From a virus, in the IMG/VR virus record IMGVR_UViG_3300045988_087374: a DNA stretch of 64,000 nucleotides; one strand, given 5' to 3'. Positions 36,037-44,977 of the stretch are shown piece by piece. Both the position numbers and the translations under genes were made by a program. Numbering within the stretch: position 1 is the first letter of the stretch; each line of letters starts with the position of its first letter. The notes under the pieces were generated by a model. It saw only the letters and a program-made list of their open reading frames with translations, did not search any database and was not told the DNA's origin.

Positions 36037-36784
36037 TTGCCCTAAATGCGGCGGTACTGGCTGGATATGGTCAAGGAATGAGGACGGAATCCCGTATTGC
36101 GAGGAATGTCCCTGCGGAATTCGTAAGAAAATAATCTTGCAGAATCAATTACAGTTCGCGGAAATGCCAGAAATGTATAGAGACTGTACCTTTGCGAACT
36201 TGAGAAGTAATGTGTATCAATCTCCAGACAGCAAGGAAACATTCATCCAGGCTGCAAAAGCTGTGAAGTACTGGCTTGAACATATCGGAGAGATGCAGAA
36301 ACAGGGGATGGGACTATATATCTGCTCTGGCGTAAAAGGGTCCGGAAAGACAAGGCTTGCGTGTAGTATAGCTAATGAACTGATGCAGAAATATCAAAAA
36401 TCAGTCAAATTTACTACCTCACTGGGAATTCTTGAGGAAATCAAGTCCACATGGTCAGTCCGCGATAATGCGACAGAAAGTAAGTTGATTCATGATCTAA
36501 CATATGCCGATGTTTTGATTATTGATGATTTCGGAGCAGATTCCGGGAAAGATTGGATTAATGAAAAATTCTATGGGATTATCAACGGACGGTATGTGGA
36601 TAGAAAAATCACTATCTTCACAAGTAATTATCGCATATCGCAACTTCCGTATGATGATCGCATCACGAATAGGATTCTGGAGCGGTCTTATGAAATCCCA
36701 TTTCCGGAAGAATCCGTAAGAAAGCATATCGCGGAGGAAGCAAGAAATAACATGATTGCAGCTATCCAGAAAGGAGCAAAATGA
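35939..36784 (+). CDS. DnaC/IstB-like helicase loader with N-terminal zinc finger
   Basis: Start at MELAEQ (AAGGAGGG SD). CPKCGGTGW...CEECPCG. Walker A GVKGSGKT and Walker B LIIDDFG. Confidence 0.85.
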   Translation: MELAEQLQHLSNHLSHSISGTEVTSQTPHSQTDCPKCGGTGWIWSRNEDGIPYCEECPCGIRKKIILQNQLQFAEMPEMYRDCTFANLRSNVYQSPDSKETFIQAAKAVKYWLEHIGEMQKQGMGLYICSGVKGSGKTRLACSIANELMQKYQKSVKFTTSLGILEEIKSTWSVRDNATESKLIHDLTYADVLIIDDFGADSGKDWINEKFYGIINGRYVDRKITIFTSNYRISQLPYDDRITNRILERSYEIPFPEESVRKHIAEEARNNMIAAIQKGAK

Positions 36785-37008
36785 GGAAACCGTGGGGGCT
36801 TCTAAGTGAAGCAGAGATTAATGTGCTGAAGAAAAACCAGTGCATGAAATGTAGACACTTTTCCAAGACGAGCAAAAATAATACGTTCCTGGCTACGTCG
36901 GTATGCAATTATATTTTGAACGAGGGACACAGCCGAAAATGTGATCCAAGGGACTGCATCAAAAGCGGACGATTTGAGAAAAGGATAGGGCGTAGAAAGA
37001 AGAGATGA
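36781..37008 (+). CDS. Cys-rich protein
   Basis: 75-aa ORF, overlapping start. Confidence 0.55.
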   Translation: MRKPWGLLSEAEINVLKKNQCMKCRHFSKTSKNNTFLATSVCNYILNEGHSRKCDPRDCIKSGRFEKRIGRRKKR

Positions 37009-37011
37009 AAA

Positions 37012-37233
37012 ATGAGAAAAGTAAGCGAAATGTACCGAAGATCTGGTGGGACTTGCTGGCAACATACTTGCATGGAGTGTGCGGATTACCTTCCGGGTAA
37101 GAAAACGGGGAAATGCCGGAACTATGAGCTGGACGTTCCATGGAATCCGAATTCCGTTGCCTGCAAATTTTTCACAAAAGAACACGAGGAAGAGCTGAAA
37201 GGACAAATGAATATTTTTGATTTTGTGAAATAG
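37012..37233 (+). CDS. Cys-rich protein
   Basis: 73-aa ORF. Confidence 0.55.
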   Translation: MRKVSEMYRRSGGTCWQHTCMECADYLPGKKTGKCRNYELDVPWNPNSVACKFFTKEHEEELKGQMNIFDFVK

Positions 37234-37354
37234 GGGTGATCGCATGGCAATCATAACACTTGACGGTAAACCGGTTGACATTGAAAAAATCGAACTGCCG
37301 GAGGAAATTGTGGAGTTAATCATGACGTGTCTGGATTGACCAAATGAATAATGT

Positions 37355-37401
37355 GGTGTAGAATGTGTCGTAACATGATATGTGCGGCACATTTTCTACA
37401 C
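37355..37401. promoter_or_regulatory. imperfect 46-bp palindrome upstream of the integrase (attP or operator candidate)
   Basis: GTGTAGAATGTG-20 nt (with nested ACAT-GAT-ATGT)-CACATTTTCTACAC. Confidence 0.35.
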
Positions 37402-37416
37402 AAAGGAGGAAAACGC

Positions 37417-38781
37417 ATGGAATGTGTTGCATATTTGCGTGTATCTACAGAGAAACAGGCAGAGGAAGGAAACGGACTGGACAGTCAGCGGCGTGATATT
37501 GAGAACTACTGCCGGAAAAACGAACTGATAATCAAGAATTGGTATGAAGACGATGGTTTTACTGGCTCGAACATGAACCGACCGGGATTGCAAAGACTTA
37601 TCAATGATTGCACCAGAAAACGAATCAAATGCGTAGTAGCATTCAAACTTGACCGATTATCACGAAGCATGGTAGACGGAATCTATCTGATCGAACGAAT
37701 ATTTATCCCAAATGGTGTGGAATTCAAGTGCGTCCATGACAGTGTGAGTTACGACAGCCCAATGGAACAGGCATATACACAGATGATGGCAGTGTTCGCT
37801 CAGCTTGATAAAAACACAATGCTGCTTAGAATGCGAGGCGGAATGCTGGAGCGCGTGAAGCAGGGATTCTGGATGGGCGGCGGAAACTTGCCCTATTGCT
37901 ATGACTACGACAGGGAACAGGGGATTTTAGTTCCCATATCGGAACGAGCGGAGCAGGCAAGGCAGGCATTGGACTTGTACTTGTCGGGATATTCGGATGC
38001 CAAAATCAGAGATATTTTAGGCTACACAAGCGAAAGGGTTGTCAGGAACATTTTGACAAGTCCGGTCAATATCGGGATGATTCCGTATAAGGGAAGTGTC
38101 TATCGAGGAAAGCACAAACCGATTTTTGAAGCAGAGAAATTTGAGGCAGCTCAAGAAATGAGGAAATCTCGCCGACAGCACAAACTTCAGAACATCAATC
38201 AGCCGGCACACTTGCTTACAGGACTATGCTATTGTGGTGTGTGCGGATGTAAGATGAGGTACCAGAAATGGACGCATGGAAAGCATAAGATATACTGCTG
38301 TTCGCGGAATGCGGGATGTTCACATTTGCCTAATTACAATCCTAACTGCGATAATTCTCTTGAATGGGCAGATGATATCGAGAAGCAGGTGGAAGAACAG
38401 ATTCTTAAAATCTCGCTCAATCTATCTTCGTACAAGCCCAAGGAAAAAGAAACCAGACTGGAAATATTGCAAAAGCAGTATGACAAAGAGAAAACCAAAC
38501 TAAAACGGCTATATTCGTTGTACGCTGATGGGAACGATACAGTTCTGGAAATGATACAGGAATCCGAAAGCAAGTTGTCAGAAATAAAAGAACAGATTGA
38601 CAGAGAAACAGAGAATACAGAGTACACGCAAAAAAAAGAATACGTCTACGAAAAAATAAAAAGGCTCGCCGACGTTTGGGATCACATCGACAAGCCAGAC
38701 AAAAACAAGATACTAAAGAGTATAATCTCAAAAATTGTGATAGTCAATGGAAACGTTGAAATACAGTTAAAGAGATTTTAG
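37417..38781 (+). CDS. int: large serine recombinase (integrase)
   Basis: Start at MECVAYLRVSTEKQ (AAAGGAGGAAAA SD). Resolvase catalytic domain, recombinase domain, CYCGVCGC zinc ribbon and C-terminal coiled coil. Confidence 0.9.
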   Translation: MECVAYLRVSTEKQAEEGNGLDSQRRDIENYCRKNELIIKNWYEDDGFTGSNMNRPGLQRLINDCTRKRIKCVVAFKLDRLSRSMVDGIYLIERIFIPNGVEFKCVHDSVSYDSPMEQAYTQMMAVFAQLDKNTMLLRMRGGMLERVKQGFWMGGGNLPYCYDYDREQGILVPISERAEQARQALDLYLSGYSDAKIRDILGYTSERVVRNILTSPVNIGMIPYKGSVYRGKHKPIFEAEKFEAAQEMRKSRRQHKLQNINQPAHLLTGLCYCGVCGCKMRYQKWTHGKHKIYCCSRNAGCSHLPNYNPNCDNSLEWADDIEKQVEEQILKISLNLSSYKPKEKETRLEILQKQYDKEKTKLKRLYSLYADGNDTVLEMIQESESKLSEIKEQIDRETENTEYTQKKEYVYEKIKRLADVWDHIDKPDKNKILKSIISKIVIVNGNVEIQLKRF

Positions 38782-38866
38782 CATAACCTATACGCCATAC
38801 CTACGGCATATAGTTAGTGCTAATAAGTGCCGCACGTATCATGTTAATAAATAACAGGAGGTAACG

Positions 38867-39547
38867 ATGATCTCACAGGGAATTAGCCATACCGCATATG
38901 ACGTAATGCGAGAGTACATGATTACAGGAGCCGAACTGGACGGCAAATACCAAATTCCAATGATGGAACGATACACAGACCGACCGGGCGAAGATACTGT
39001 GGATTTCAAGGATAGCTTCAGTCCGAAGATTAAGAACCACCGCAAGCTGACGGTGAATTTTTATATCCATGACTGTGAATTCGAGAGAATCTGGAACAAT
39101 CCAGACAGGTATCTGGAGCATCTGAAATGTTTCCACAGCGTGATCGCACCGGATTTTTCCATGGCTGTTGGACAGGGTGGAATGCCGTTCGCTATGAATA
39201 TCTGGCAGAAATATCGTAATCATGCATTGTCTTATTATCTCAGTATGAACGGAATCAAGGTAATTCCAAACGTGAACATACCGCCGGAGTACTGTTATGA
39301 TTGGGCGTTTGACGGCGTACCGAAAAGAAGCACAGTAGCGTGCTGCACTAATGGCAGAATCAAAGCCAGGGCATCCAGAGAGGAATTCTGCAAGGGATTC
39401 AAGGAAATGGAAAAGAGGATTGAACCACTGAGGGTTATTATTGTCGGGACAATTCCACCGGAACTTAAAACAGATGCAGAAATCGTGAATTTCAAGACTC
39501 GCAGTCAGAAGATCAGAGACAGGGAGGGGAAATACAATGGGATATAA
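38867..39547 (+). CDS. DUF4417-like protein
   Basis: FHSVIAPDFSM...NIWQKYRNHALSYYLSMNGIKVIPNV matches my recollection of DUF4417. AGGAGG SD. Confidence 0.75.
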   Translation: MISQGISHTAYDVMREYMITGAELDGKYQIPMMERYTDRPGEDTVDFKDSFSPKIKNHRKLTVNFYIHDCEFERIWNNPDRYLEHLKCFHSVIAPDFSMAVGQGGMPFAMNIWQKYRNHALSYYLSMNGIKVIPNVNIPPEYCYDWAFDGVPKRSTVACCTNGRIKARASREEFCKGFKEMEKRIEPLRVIIVGTIPPELKTDAEIVNFKTRSQKIRDREGKYNGI

Positions 39548-39674
39548 TACTGATGCGTACATGAGGAAAAAATCTCGAACCAAGAAGCAACAGGAGAGGG
39601 AACAGATGATGAGTCGCAAAGGGATCGGTAAAAGGACCGGTCGCATGAAGAAAGAAAAGTTAAATAAATTGTGA
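39537..39674 (+). CDS. 45-aa highly basic protein
   Basis: MGYNTDAYMRKKSRTKKQQEREQMMSRKGIGKRTGRMKKEKLNKL. GGGAGGGG SD. Confidence 0.45.
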   Translation: MGYNTDAYMRKKSRTKKQQEREQMMSRKGIGKRTGRMKKEKLNKL

Positions 39675-40336
39675 AAAGTTAACAGCACTAGAATTGATGT
39701 TATAAATTACACTGTGCCAAATGCACAAAAGAGAATTTTGAAATAAGGCTAAGCCGTTTTCTTGTTCCATTTTTTGCGATTTTTTCCGCAGATTTCGGGA
39801 TCGCGCTGATCAATGCCAGTCTGAAACGTACCAGACTGCCGAACCGATGAAAATAGTAAAGCAGACCTGTGCAGGAAATCTCGAGAAATGCGGTAATTGA
39901 TTGACCGAAAACGGCTAGAATCAATTTGAATGTGCTAACCCTAGACTTAATCAAATACGCGTACAAAGTCCGTAAATGAGCCTAAAAGGAATTATAAACA
40001 ATGTAACCGCTACCAGTACGCATATACGCACTAATTCTTGTAAAACGTCAAATACAGCCTTTCAAGATCAGGAGCTGCCGCCAGCTGCACGAACTGGACA
40101 AACTGCTAGAAAGACCAGCGGAAACGATCAGAAGCAGATCACAAACCGGAAGTGTATATATAACCATGATACCGCTGTTAATGTCTTGCGTCAATCCTTA
40201 TTATTGATTACTTAAAAATTGCTAGAATTGATTTCAGAAGCCGATGCGGTAAAATGTACGTCTAATCCATCCAAAGCTGTTTTAACCCGTAAAACGTCAA
40301 CAAAACCAAAGACACGAGAAAAAGAGCAGCCAAAAG

Positions 40337-40720
40337 CTACTCTAAGTAATTGACGCGGGCTTTTCGCGGAAGATCTCGGAAGAACTCGAGAAAGCCGGAG
40401 TTGTCCAAGGTACTATACTGGCGGTCTGATGTCGGAATGATACGCCCGTCCTTAATCTCCATGCATGACAGCTGCAAGTGATTTGCCAGCTTGGTTGACC
40501 GATGCAGGGCGTACCGCATGACCGACACAGCTCCAGATTGACAGCGAACCGGTGGCAAGTCGTACCAGATCAGCGGCACGGATCCGGACGCAACCGCCCG
40601 GAAAACATCGGCGGCGTTCTGTCTGGCGGCATCTCTTATTTTTTTAACTTCGGAAAAATCGCCGCTTTTTATGGCCACGATAGTCTGCTTTGGTGTTGGT
40701 TTTATAATCTTATTTATCAT
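40337..40720 (-). CDS. hypothetical protein (GC-rich island)
   Basis: Start moved to MINKIIK (GGAGGG SD). Terminator hairpin spans the stop. Confidence 0.7.
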   Translation of the reverse strand: MINKIIKPTPKQTIVAIKSGDFSEVKKIRDAARQNAADVFRAVASGSVPLIWYDLPPVRCQSGAVSVMRYALHRSTKLANHLQLSCMEIKDGRIIPTSDRQYSTLDNSGFLEFFRDLPRKARVNYLE

Positions 40721-40722
40721 TT

Positions 40723-40935
40723 TTATAACCCTCCAAAAGTTTTGCTTTTCTTGTAGCATTTGTTCCAGAAGTCAACAATTTTTTCTGCTTCTTTTCTTGT
40801 ACTACAAATATTAGCAGCGGTTATTCCGGAAATTTGCAACGCAAATACAAGGTTATCAGATTCGGCAACCCGAAGAACAGAAGCGAAGTTTTTACCGTCA
40901 TTTTTCGTTGAAATTGCTATATAATGATATTTCAT
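40723..40935 (-). CDS. hypothetical protein
   Basis: Start moved to MKYHYIAIS (GGAGGG SD). Confidence 0.65.
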   Translation of the reverse strand: MKYHYIAISTKNDGKNFASVLRVAESDNLVFALQISGITAANICSTRKEAEKIVDFWNKCYKKSKTFGGL

Positions 40936-40949
40936 GTTTAAACCCTCCA

Positions 40950-40982
40950 ATTTTTAGAAAAACAGGCGGGGAAGACCCGCCC
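40950..40982 (-). terminator. rho-independent terminator
   Basis: Minus strand GGGCGGG-TCTTC-CCCGCC then TGTTTTTCT. Confidence 0.7.
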
Positions 40983-40995
40983 AGATATAGTGCAT

Positions 40996-41199
40996 TTAGT
41001 TCAGACAATCATTGATTTTCTTTTTCAGATGCGGAAACGCTTCACAAATTTCCTGCACGCTGTCTGCGTAATAGTCACCCACGGTCTTGCCAAAAATCTT
41101 GATATTTCCGGAATAAAAACCGGCGAGATCGTTAAACCAGATGTCAAGCCCGGTTGCCTGCTCCTTTTTGTCGCTGTACCACATATCAATTTTTATCAT
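40996..41199 (-). CDS. hypothetical protein
   Basis: 67-aa ORF with AGGAGGA SD. Confidence 0.65.
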   Translation of the reverse strand: MIKIDMWYSDKKEQATGLDIWFNDLAGFYSGNIKIFGKTVGDYYADSVQEICEAFPHLKKKINDCLN

Positions 41200-41221
41200 G
41201 TTTTCTTATCCTCCTTGAATT

Positions 41222-41254
41222 TTATTAAAAGACCGCCGGGGAAATGCTCCCCGG
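41222..41254 (-). terminator. rho-independent terminator
   Basis: CCGGGGA-5 nt-TCCCCGG with a T-run on the minus strand. Confidence 0.65.
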
Positions 41255-41270
41255 TACGCTTACCGGCCTG

Positions 41271-41435
41271 TTAAGCCACACTATCAATAATTTTTTCAAC
41301 TGCCTTTTCCCAGTCCGAGAAAGTGCAGTAGTTGTGGTCGTAATAATATTTTTCTTTTTCAAGTTCGTTTTTTCGCTCCGGAAACAGTTCCGCGAGAGAA
41401 TCGGTCATCCGGTGAACTCTTTCGTAATCTGCCAT
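41271..41435 (-). CDS. hypothetical 54-aa protein
   Basis: MADYERVHRMTDSLAELFPERKNELEKEKYYYDHNYCTFSDWEKAVEKIIDSVA. AAGGAGGG SD. Below the track cut-off. Confidence 0.55.
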   Translation of the reverse strand: MADYERVHRMTDSLAELFPERKNELEKEKYYYDHNYCTFSDWEKAVEKIIDSVA

Positions 41436-41437
41436 GT

Positions 41438-41839
41438 TTACGCCCTCCTTAGCATCTCAAGAATCTTCTTGCAGGCTCTGATATAATCATCGGTCAACAC
41501 CTCATTCTTGGAATGTTCGCCGCGCGTCCGGGATTCGAGCCAATCAACAACGCCGGTGCGGTTGTTTCTCAGTTCTTCCAAAAATTCATCATACGAAGAA
41601 AAATCCTCATTTTTGATAAGTTCCGGGACAAATCGAGCGAACCCGAATATTGCATTTAAACCGTTTGGCTCTCTGTAGATACAACCGCCGTAAAACTTGC
41701 TTTTGGTTCCCTCACAAGTTTTGTGAAGTGCTTTGCAACCATAACACATCGTGTTATATGTCAGGCTGTCGAGTGCCTGTTTTCTTTCTTTTCTTGCCTG
41801 CTCCTGTTCGGGAGTTGCGAAAATAGTATAATCTTTCAT
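41438..41839 (-). CDS. hypothetical Cys-containing protein
   Basis: 133-aa ORF. Confidence 0.7.
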   Translation of the reverse strand: MKDYTIFATPEQEQARKERKQALDSLTYNTMCYGCKALHKTCEGTKSKFYGGCIYREPNGLNAIFGFARFVPELIKNEDFSSYDEFLEELRNNRTGVVDWLESRTRGEHSKNEVLTDDYIRACKKILEMLRRA

Positions 41840-41865
41840 GTTTCTACCTCTCTTTTTTATTTTTT

Positions 41866-41912
41866 TGAAATCCGGCGGTTGCGTTGAGGCTACGGCTTGA
41901 CCGCCGCCGGAG
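41866..41912 (-). terminator. rho-independent terminator
   Basis: CCGGCGGT...ACCGCCGCCGG stem with a downstream T-run on the minus strand. Confidence 0.6.
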
Positions 41913-41915
41913 ATG

Positions 41916-42113
41916 TTAAACTTCTACGCTGATCAGGGACGGATCCAGATCTCCGCGTCTATATTTAACTGGGAGATACAAGCCCACGCCGTAAGGATCG
42001 GCCAGCAGCTCCCCGAAATGGGAGTAATGATAGTCAATTCCCATTTCTTTGAATTTCCCTATTGCAGTACTGTTAAGGGAACCTTTTTCCCACTTAATAT
42101 TTGCTATTTTCAT
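41916..42113 (-). CDS. hypothetical protein
   Basis: 65-aa ORF. Confidence 0.6.
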   Translation of the reverse strand: MKIANIKWEKGSLNSTAIGKFKEMGIDYHYSHFGELLADPYGVGLYLPVKYRRGDLDPSLISVEV

Positions 42114-42132
42114 TTTGTTTTCTCCTTATTTT

Positions 42133-42288
42133 TTATTTATTTTCATTCATGATTGCCTGAATGTGTGGTCTGTAAAGCGTGTTCCACAGCTCCTCAGCGG
42201 AGATACCGCATTCTTCGGCGACCTGAATGTTTTCATCATAACTGTTTAATAATTCAATTACTCTCTTTGTTCTTCCTTCTCTGCTCAT
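42133..42288 (-). CDS. 51-aa putative HTH protein, first gene of the island
   Basis: MSREGRTKRVIELLNSYDENIQVAEECGISAEELWNTLY... Below the track cut-off. Confidence 0.5.
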   Translation of the reverse strand: MSREGRTKRVIELLNSYDENIQVAEECGISAEELWNTLYRPHIQAIMNENK

Positions 42289-42494
42289 ACTTTTTTCCTT
42301 CTTTCTCCCGGCTTGGTGACCGGGTTGTTTGTTCTCTGTTGATGAGATTATAATACATCAAAATTTAATGTATGTCTATTGACATTATACACTAAAATAT
42401 AATGTATAAAAGAGTGCTGTTTTGTACATATTGTACATTGCGATATAGTGTATAAAATGATATGATAAAATATATCTTATAAGGAGGAAAAAGC
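42289..42494. promoter_or_regulatory. second divergent switch region with TGTA(C/T)A-type repeats
   Basis: Plus-strand promoter TTGCGA (42438-42443), 17 nt, TATGAT (42461-42466). Repeated (A/G)TGTATAAAA and TGTACA motifs. Palindromic ATTATAAT at 42347-42354. Confidence 0.55.
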
Positions 42495-42746
42495 ATGATT
42501 AGATACAAACGAAATATAATTGATATGATGGCAAAAAAAGGAGTTACTACATATATTATAAGAAAAAATAAGCTTTTCACAGAAGGCCAGTTACAGCAGC
42601 TCCGCAGTGATCGGCTTGTTACTCAAGACACACTTGACAAGTTATGTACTATATTGGAATGTCAGCCTGGCTATCTACTGGAATATTTGCCAGATGAAAA
42701 AACAAAAGATTTTGAAGAAATGGTGTTGACATACACTAAAAAATGA
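42495..42746 (+). CDS. XRE-family HTH regulator
   Basis: 83 aa. ...LRSDRLVTQDTLDKLCTILECQPGYLLEY is typical of Cro/CI-type HTH. AAGGAGGAAAAA SD. Confidence 0.75.
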   Translation: MIRYKRNIIDMMAKKGVTTYIIRKNKLFTEGQLQQLRSDRLVTQDTLDKLCTILECQPGYLLEYLPDEKTKDFEEMVLTYTKK

Positions 42747-42815
42747 TGTACAATAAAGACAGTTAAAGAAAGTAACTAAAAACTTCACTCACAGAGAAAA
42801 AAGGAGAGAGAAAAC

Positions 42816-43076
42816 ATGATTAAAGCAAACGGATGGACAGACTATTCAGAGAGAATTGGCGACGAAGTCTACAACGTTAGTGAGGACGGTTATAAAACTT
42901 ATAAAATTGAGGTTTTTTTAAGCAGTCCTTTTGATAGCAGTGCTTTACCGATTCGGACGATCACTGTTGGAAGTCTTGAGCAGGTAGAAAAAATCTTGAA
43001 GAAAGAAAGAGAAAAGGCAGGCATAACGGAACCGTACTCTTTTAGCTATACCACAAGAGACGGCTCTAAATGTTAA
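42816..43076 (+). CDS. hypothetical protein
   Basis: 86-aa ORF with AAGGAGAGAG SD. Confidence 0.65.
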   Translation: MIKANGWTDYSERIGDEVYNVSEDGYKTYKIEVFLSSPFDSSALPIRTITVGSLEQVEKILKKEREKAGITEPYSFSYTTRDGSKC

Positions 43077-43093
43077 TATTAGGAGGATGCGAA

Positions 43094-43777
43094 ATGGAAT
43101 TTAAATGTGTGCATTACGGCGAAGAATGTGTGTTATCATACACAGACGAGGGCGAAAACACTCTGACGCAGGTTGTAACAGCAATGTCAGAAAAAGGAAT
43201 AGAATTTGAACTGCTTCCAGTAGGAGACTGGCAGGATGAAATGTTCATCGATGTCTTGAAGTACGCAAGCCAGAAGGACGGACAGCCGGTATACTGCATC
43301 GTATGCGGTGCAGAGTGTTGCTACATACAGACGCGGAAATTGCCAGAAGATATGGATATTCAAAAGCTCGTCTATGATGTTTTGGGACAGAAAAAAGGCT
43401 ATAAGCCTATGGTAATGCAGTCTAAATTCGGGAAGGTATTGACCGAAACAATGAATCAAGCGAATGAGATCATTGCTTCCGGAAACTTTTCCGAGGCAGA
43501 GCAAGAAGTTATAGCACTTTTCAGGGAAAAAGCATCGTCAACAATGGTACCTGAAGACGATCAATGGAGCTTCGAAGATGAAGATGATCCCGTAGAAGAC
43601 GAAACAATGTTTTTATATTCGTACAAAATAGTTGCCGACTTACTCAGCCGAAAAGGTTACAGTTATGAAAAAATGGAACAGTACGCGAAAATAGATCACC
43701 ATGATGTTGAAACATGGGAGAATGATCTGAAGCGACTGTACAATGGTTTCTACTGGATGAATGTAAAGAAACAGTAA
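43094..43777 (+). CDS. hypothetical protein
   Basis: Start moved to MEFKCVHYG (TAGGAGGA SD). Confidence 0.7.
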   Translation: MEFKCVHYGEECVLSYTDEGENTLTQVVTAMSEKGIEFELLPVGDWQDEMFIDVLKYASQKDGQPVYCIVCGAECCYIQTRKLPEDMDIQKLVYDVLGQKKGYKPMVMQSKFGKVLTETMNQANEIIASGNFSEAEQEVIALFREKASSTMVPEDDQWSFEDEDDPVEDETMFLYSYKIVADLLSRKGYSYEKMEQYAKIDHHDVETWENDLKRLYNGFYWMNVKKQ

Positions 43778-43804
43778 AACGAGGGCGAAAAAGGAGAGGT
43801 AAAA

Positions 43805-44014
43805 ATGATGAATAGAAGATATGTTAAGAATGAATGGGGCGTAACTATTGACTACGAAGTTGCTGAAAACTTGATGGACGACGAACTCAGAGAAAAGATC
43901 GCATATGAGTTACAGCTTGTATCAGATCAAGAGTTCTTTGACATCTACTGCCAGGAGCACGAAAAAGTTTTTGGTGAAGAATGGGAGCTTGCAAAGAAAA
44001 ACCCGTGTTATTAA
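43805..44014 (+). CDS. hypothetical protein
   Basis: 69-aa ORF with AAGGAGAGG SD. Confidence 0.6.
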   Translation: MMNRRYVKNEWGVTIDYEVAENLMDDELREKIAYELQLVSDQEFFDIYCQEHEKVFGEEWELAKKNPCY

Positions 44015-44027
44015 GGGAGTTGGTAAA

Positions 44028-44648
44028 ATGAAAAGGACAAAAAGGAAGTGCCCGGAATGCGGAACTGAATTTTTCGGCACAACCGGTTCCACATTATGCC
44101 CAGCCTGTCAAAAAAGTAAAATTGCAAGTTCTACAATTCGTGAAAGAACTTGCATAGACTGTGGGCGAACTTTTGATGGCGGGCCACGTGCTAAAAGATG
44201 CCCGGAATGCCGCATACTGGCGAGGAAAGAAAACACTGCCAAATATCGCAAGTCCGGGCCTATGCGTCCACTTGGGAGTATTGACTACTGCCAACGATGC
44301 GGAAAAGAATATGTGGTAAAAACAGGCCGCCAAAAATATTGCTCTGGCAAATGTGCCCAAATTTCTGTCAAGGAATGGCAATCAGAACATAAAAAAGCAA
44401 AGTATAGCCCAGAGGAAGCTAAGAAGCAGCACGCAGAAAGCAGATTGAAAAGAATAAAAATTTGCAGATATTGCGGAAAATCTTTTTGGGATGGCACTTC
44501 TTCAAATGTATGTTCGGAGTATTGCAGGAAAAAACAGTTGCAGATCAGGAGATATGAGTCAGAGATTCGGCGTGGCTGCAATTGCGATTTGCAAAAACTG
44601 TTGGATGAAAGAGAGTTGTATAGAGAAGAGCAAAAAAAGAGTGACTAA
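44028..44648 (+). CDS. multi-zinc-ribbon protein
   Basis: Start at MKRTKRKCPECG. Five or more CxxC pairs across 206 aa. Confidence 0.7.
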   Translation: MKRTKRKCPECGTEFFGTTGSTLCPACQKSKIASSTIRERTCIDCGRTFDGGPRAKRCPECRILARKENTAKYRKSGPMRPLGSIDYCQRCGKEYVVKTGRQKYCSGKCAQISVKEWQSEHKKAKYSPEEAKKQHAESRLKRIKICRYCGKSFWDGTSSNVCSEYCRKKQLQIRRYESEIRRGCNCDLQKLLDERELYREEQKKSD

Positions 44649-44757
44649 CAACGAACGTTAGCCACTCTCTCATAGAAACGCATTCAATAATAATTGAATA
44701 GCATCAAGCACCATCAGTATAATATAATACACATATAATGTCAAGGGAGAGAAGAAA

Positions 44758-44943
44758 ATGAATAAATACGAATTTAGTGCAAACGAATTAACAGAAAAGG
44801 CGTTTGCGGTATATAGCAACAGTAGCTTTGCGTTCTGGAAAGATGCAAACGGCACATTCTACAGAAGCGACAATCTAAACAGCGAAAAGGTGGAAGTCGG
44901 AACCGCCGAAGATGTAAACGAATTTTTGGAAATGTTCGCCTAA
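44758..44943 (+). CDS. hypothetical protein
   Basis: 61-aa ORF with GGGAGAGAAG SD, followed by a terminator. Confidence 0.6.
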   Translation: MNKYEFSANELTEKAFAVYSNSSFAFWKDANGTFYRSDNLNSEKVEVGTAEDVNEFLEMFA

Positions 44944-44977
44944 AAAAAAGCCCCTTGGAATTTACCAGGGGCTTTTA
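44942..44977. terminator. rho-independent terminator (A-run/stem/T-run)
   Basis: AAAAAAAAGCCCCTTGG-6 nt-CCAGGGGCTTTT. Confidence 0.7.

Noticed and set aside
39700-40215. ORFs 39700-39966 (minus) and 39976-40215 (plus)
   Set aside because: No SD, a TTG start without context, odd composition, and overlap with repeats and hairpins. The region is treated as non-coding (see finding).
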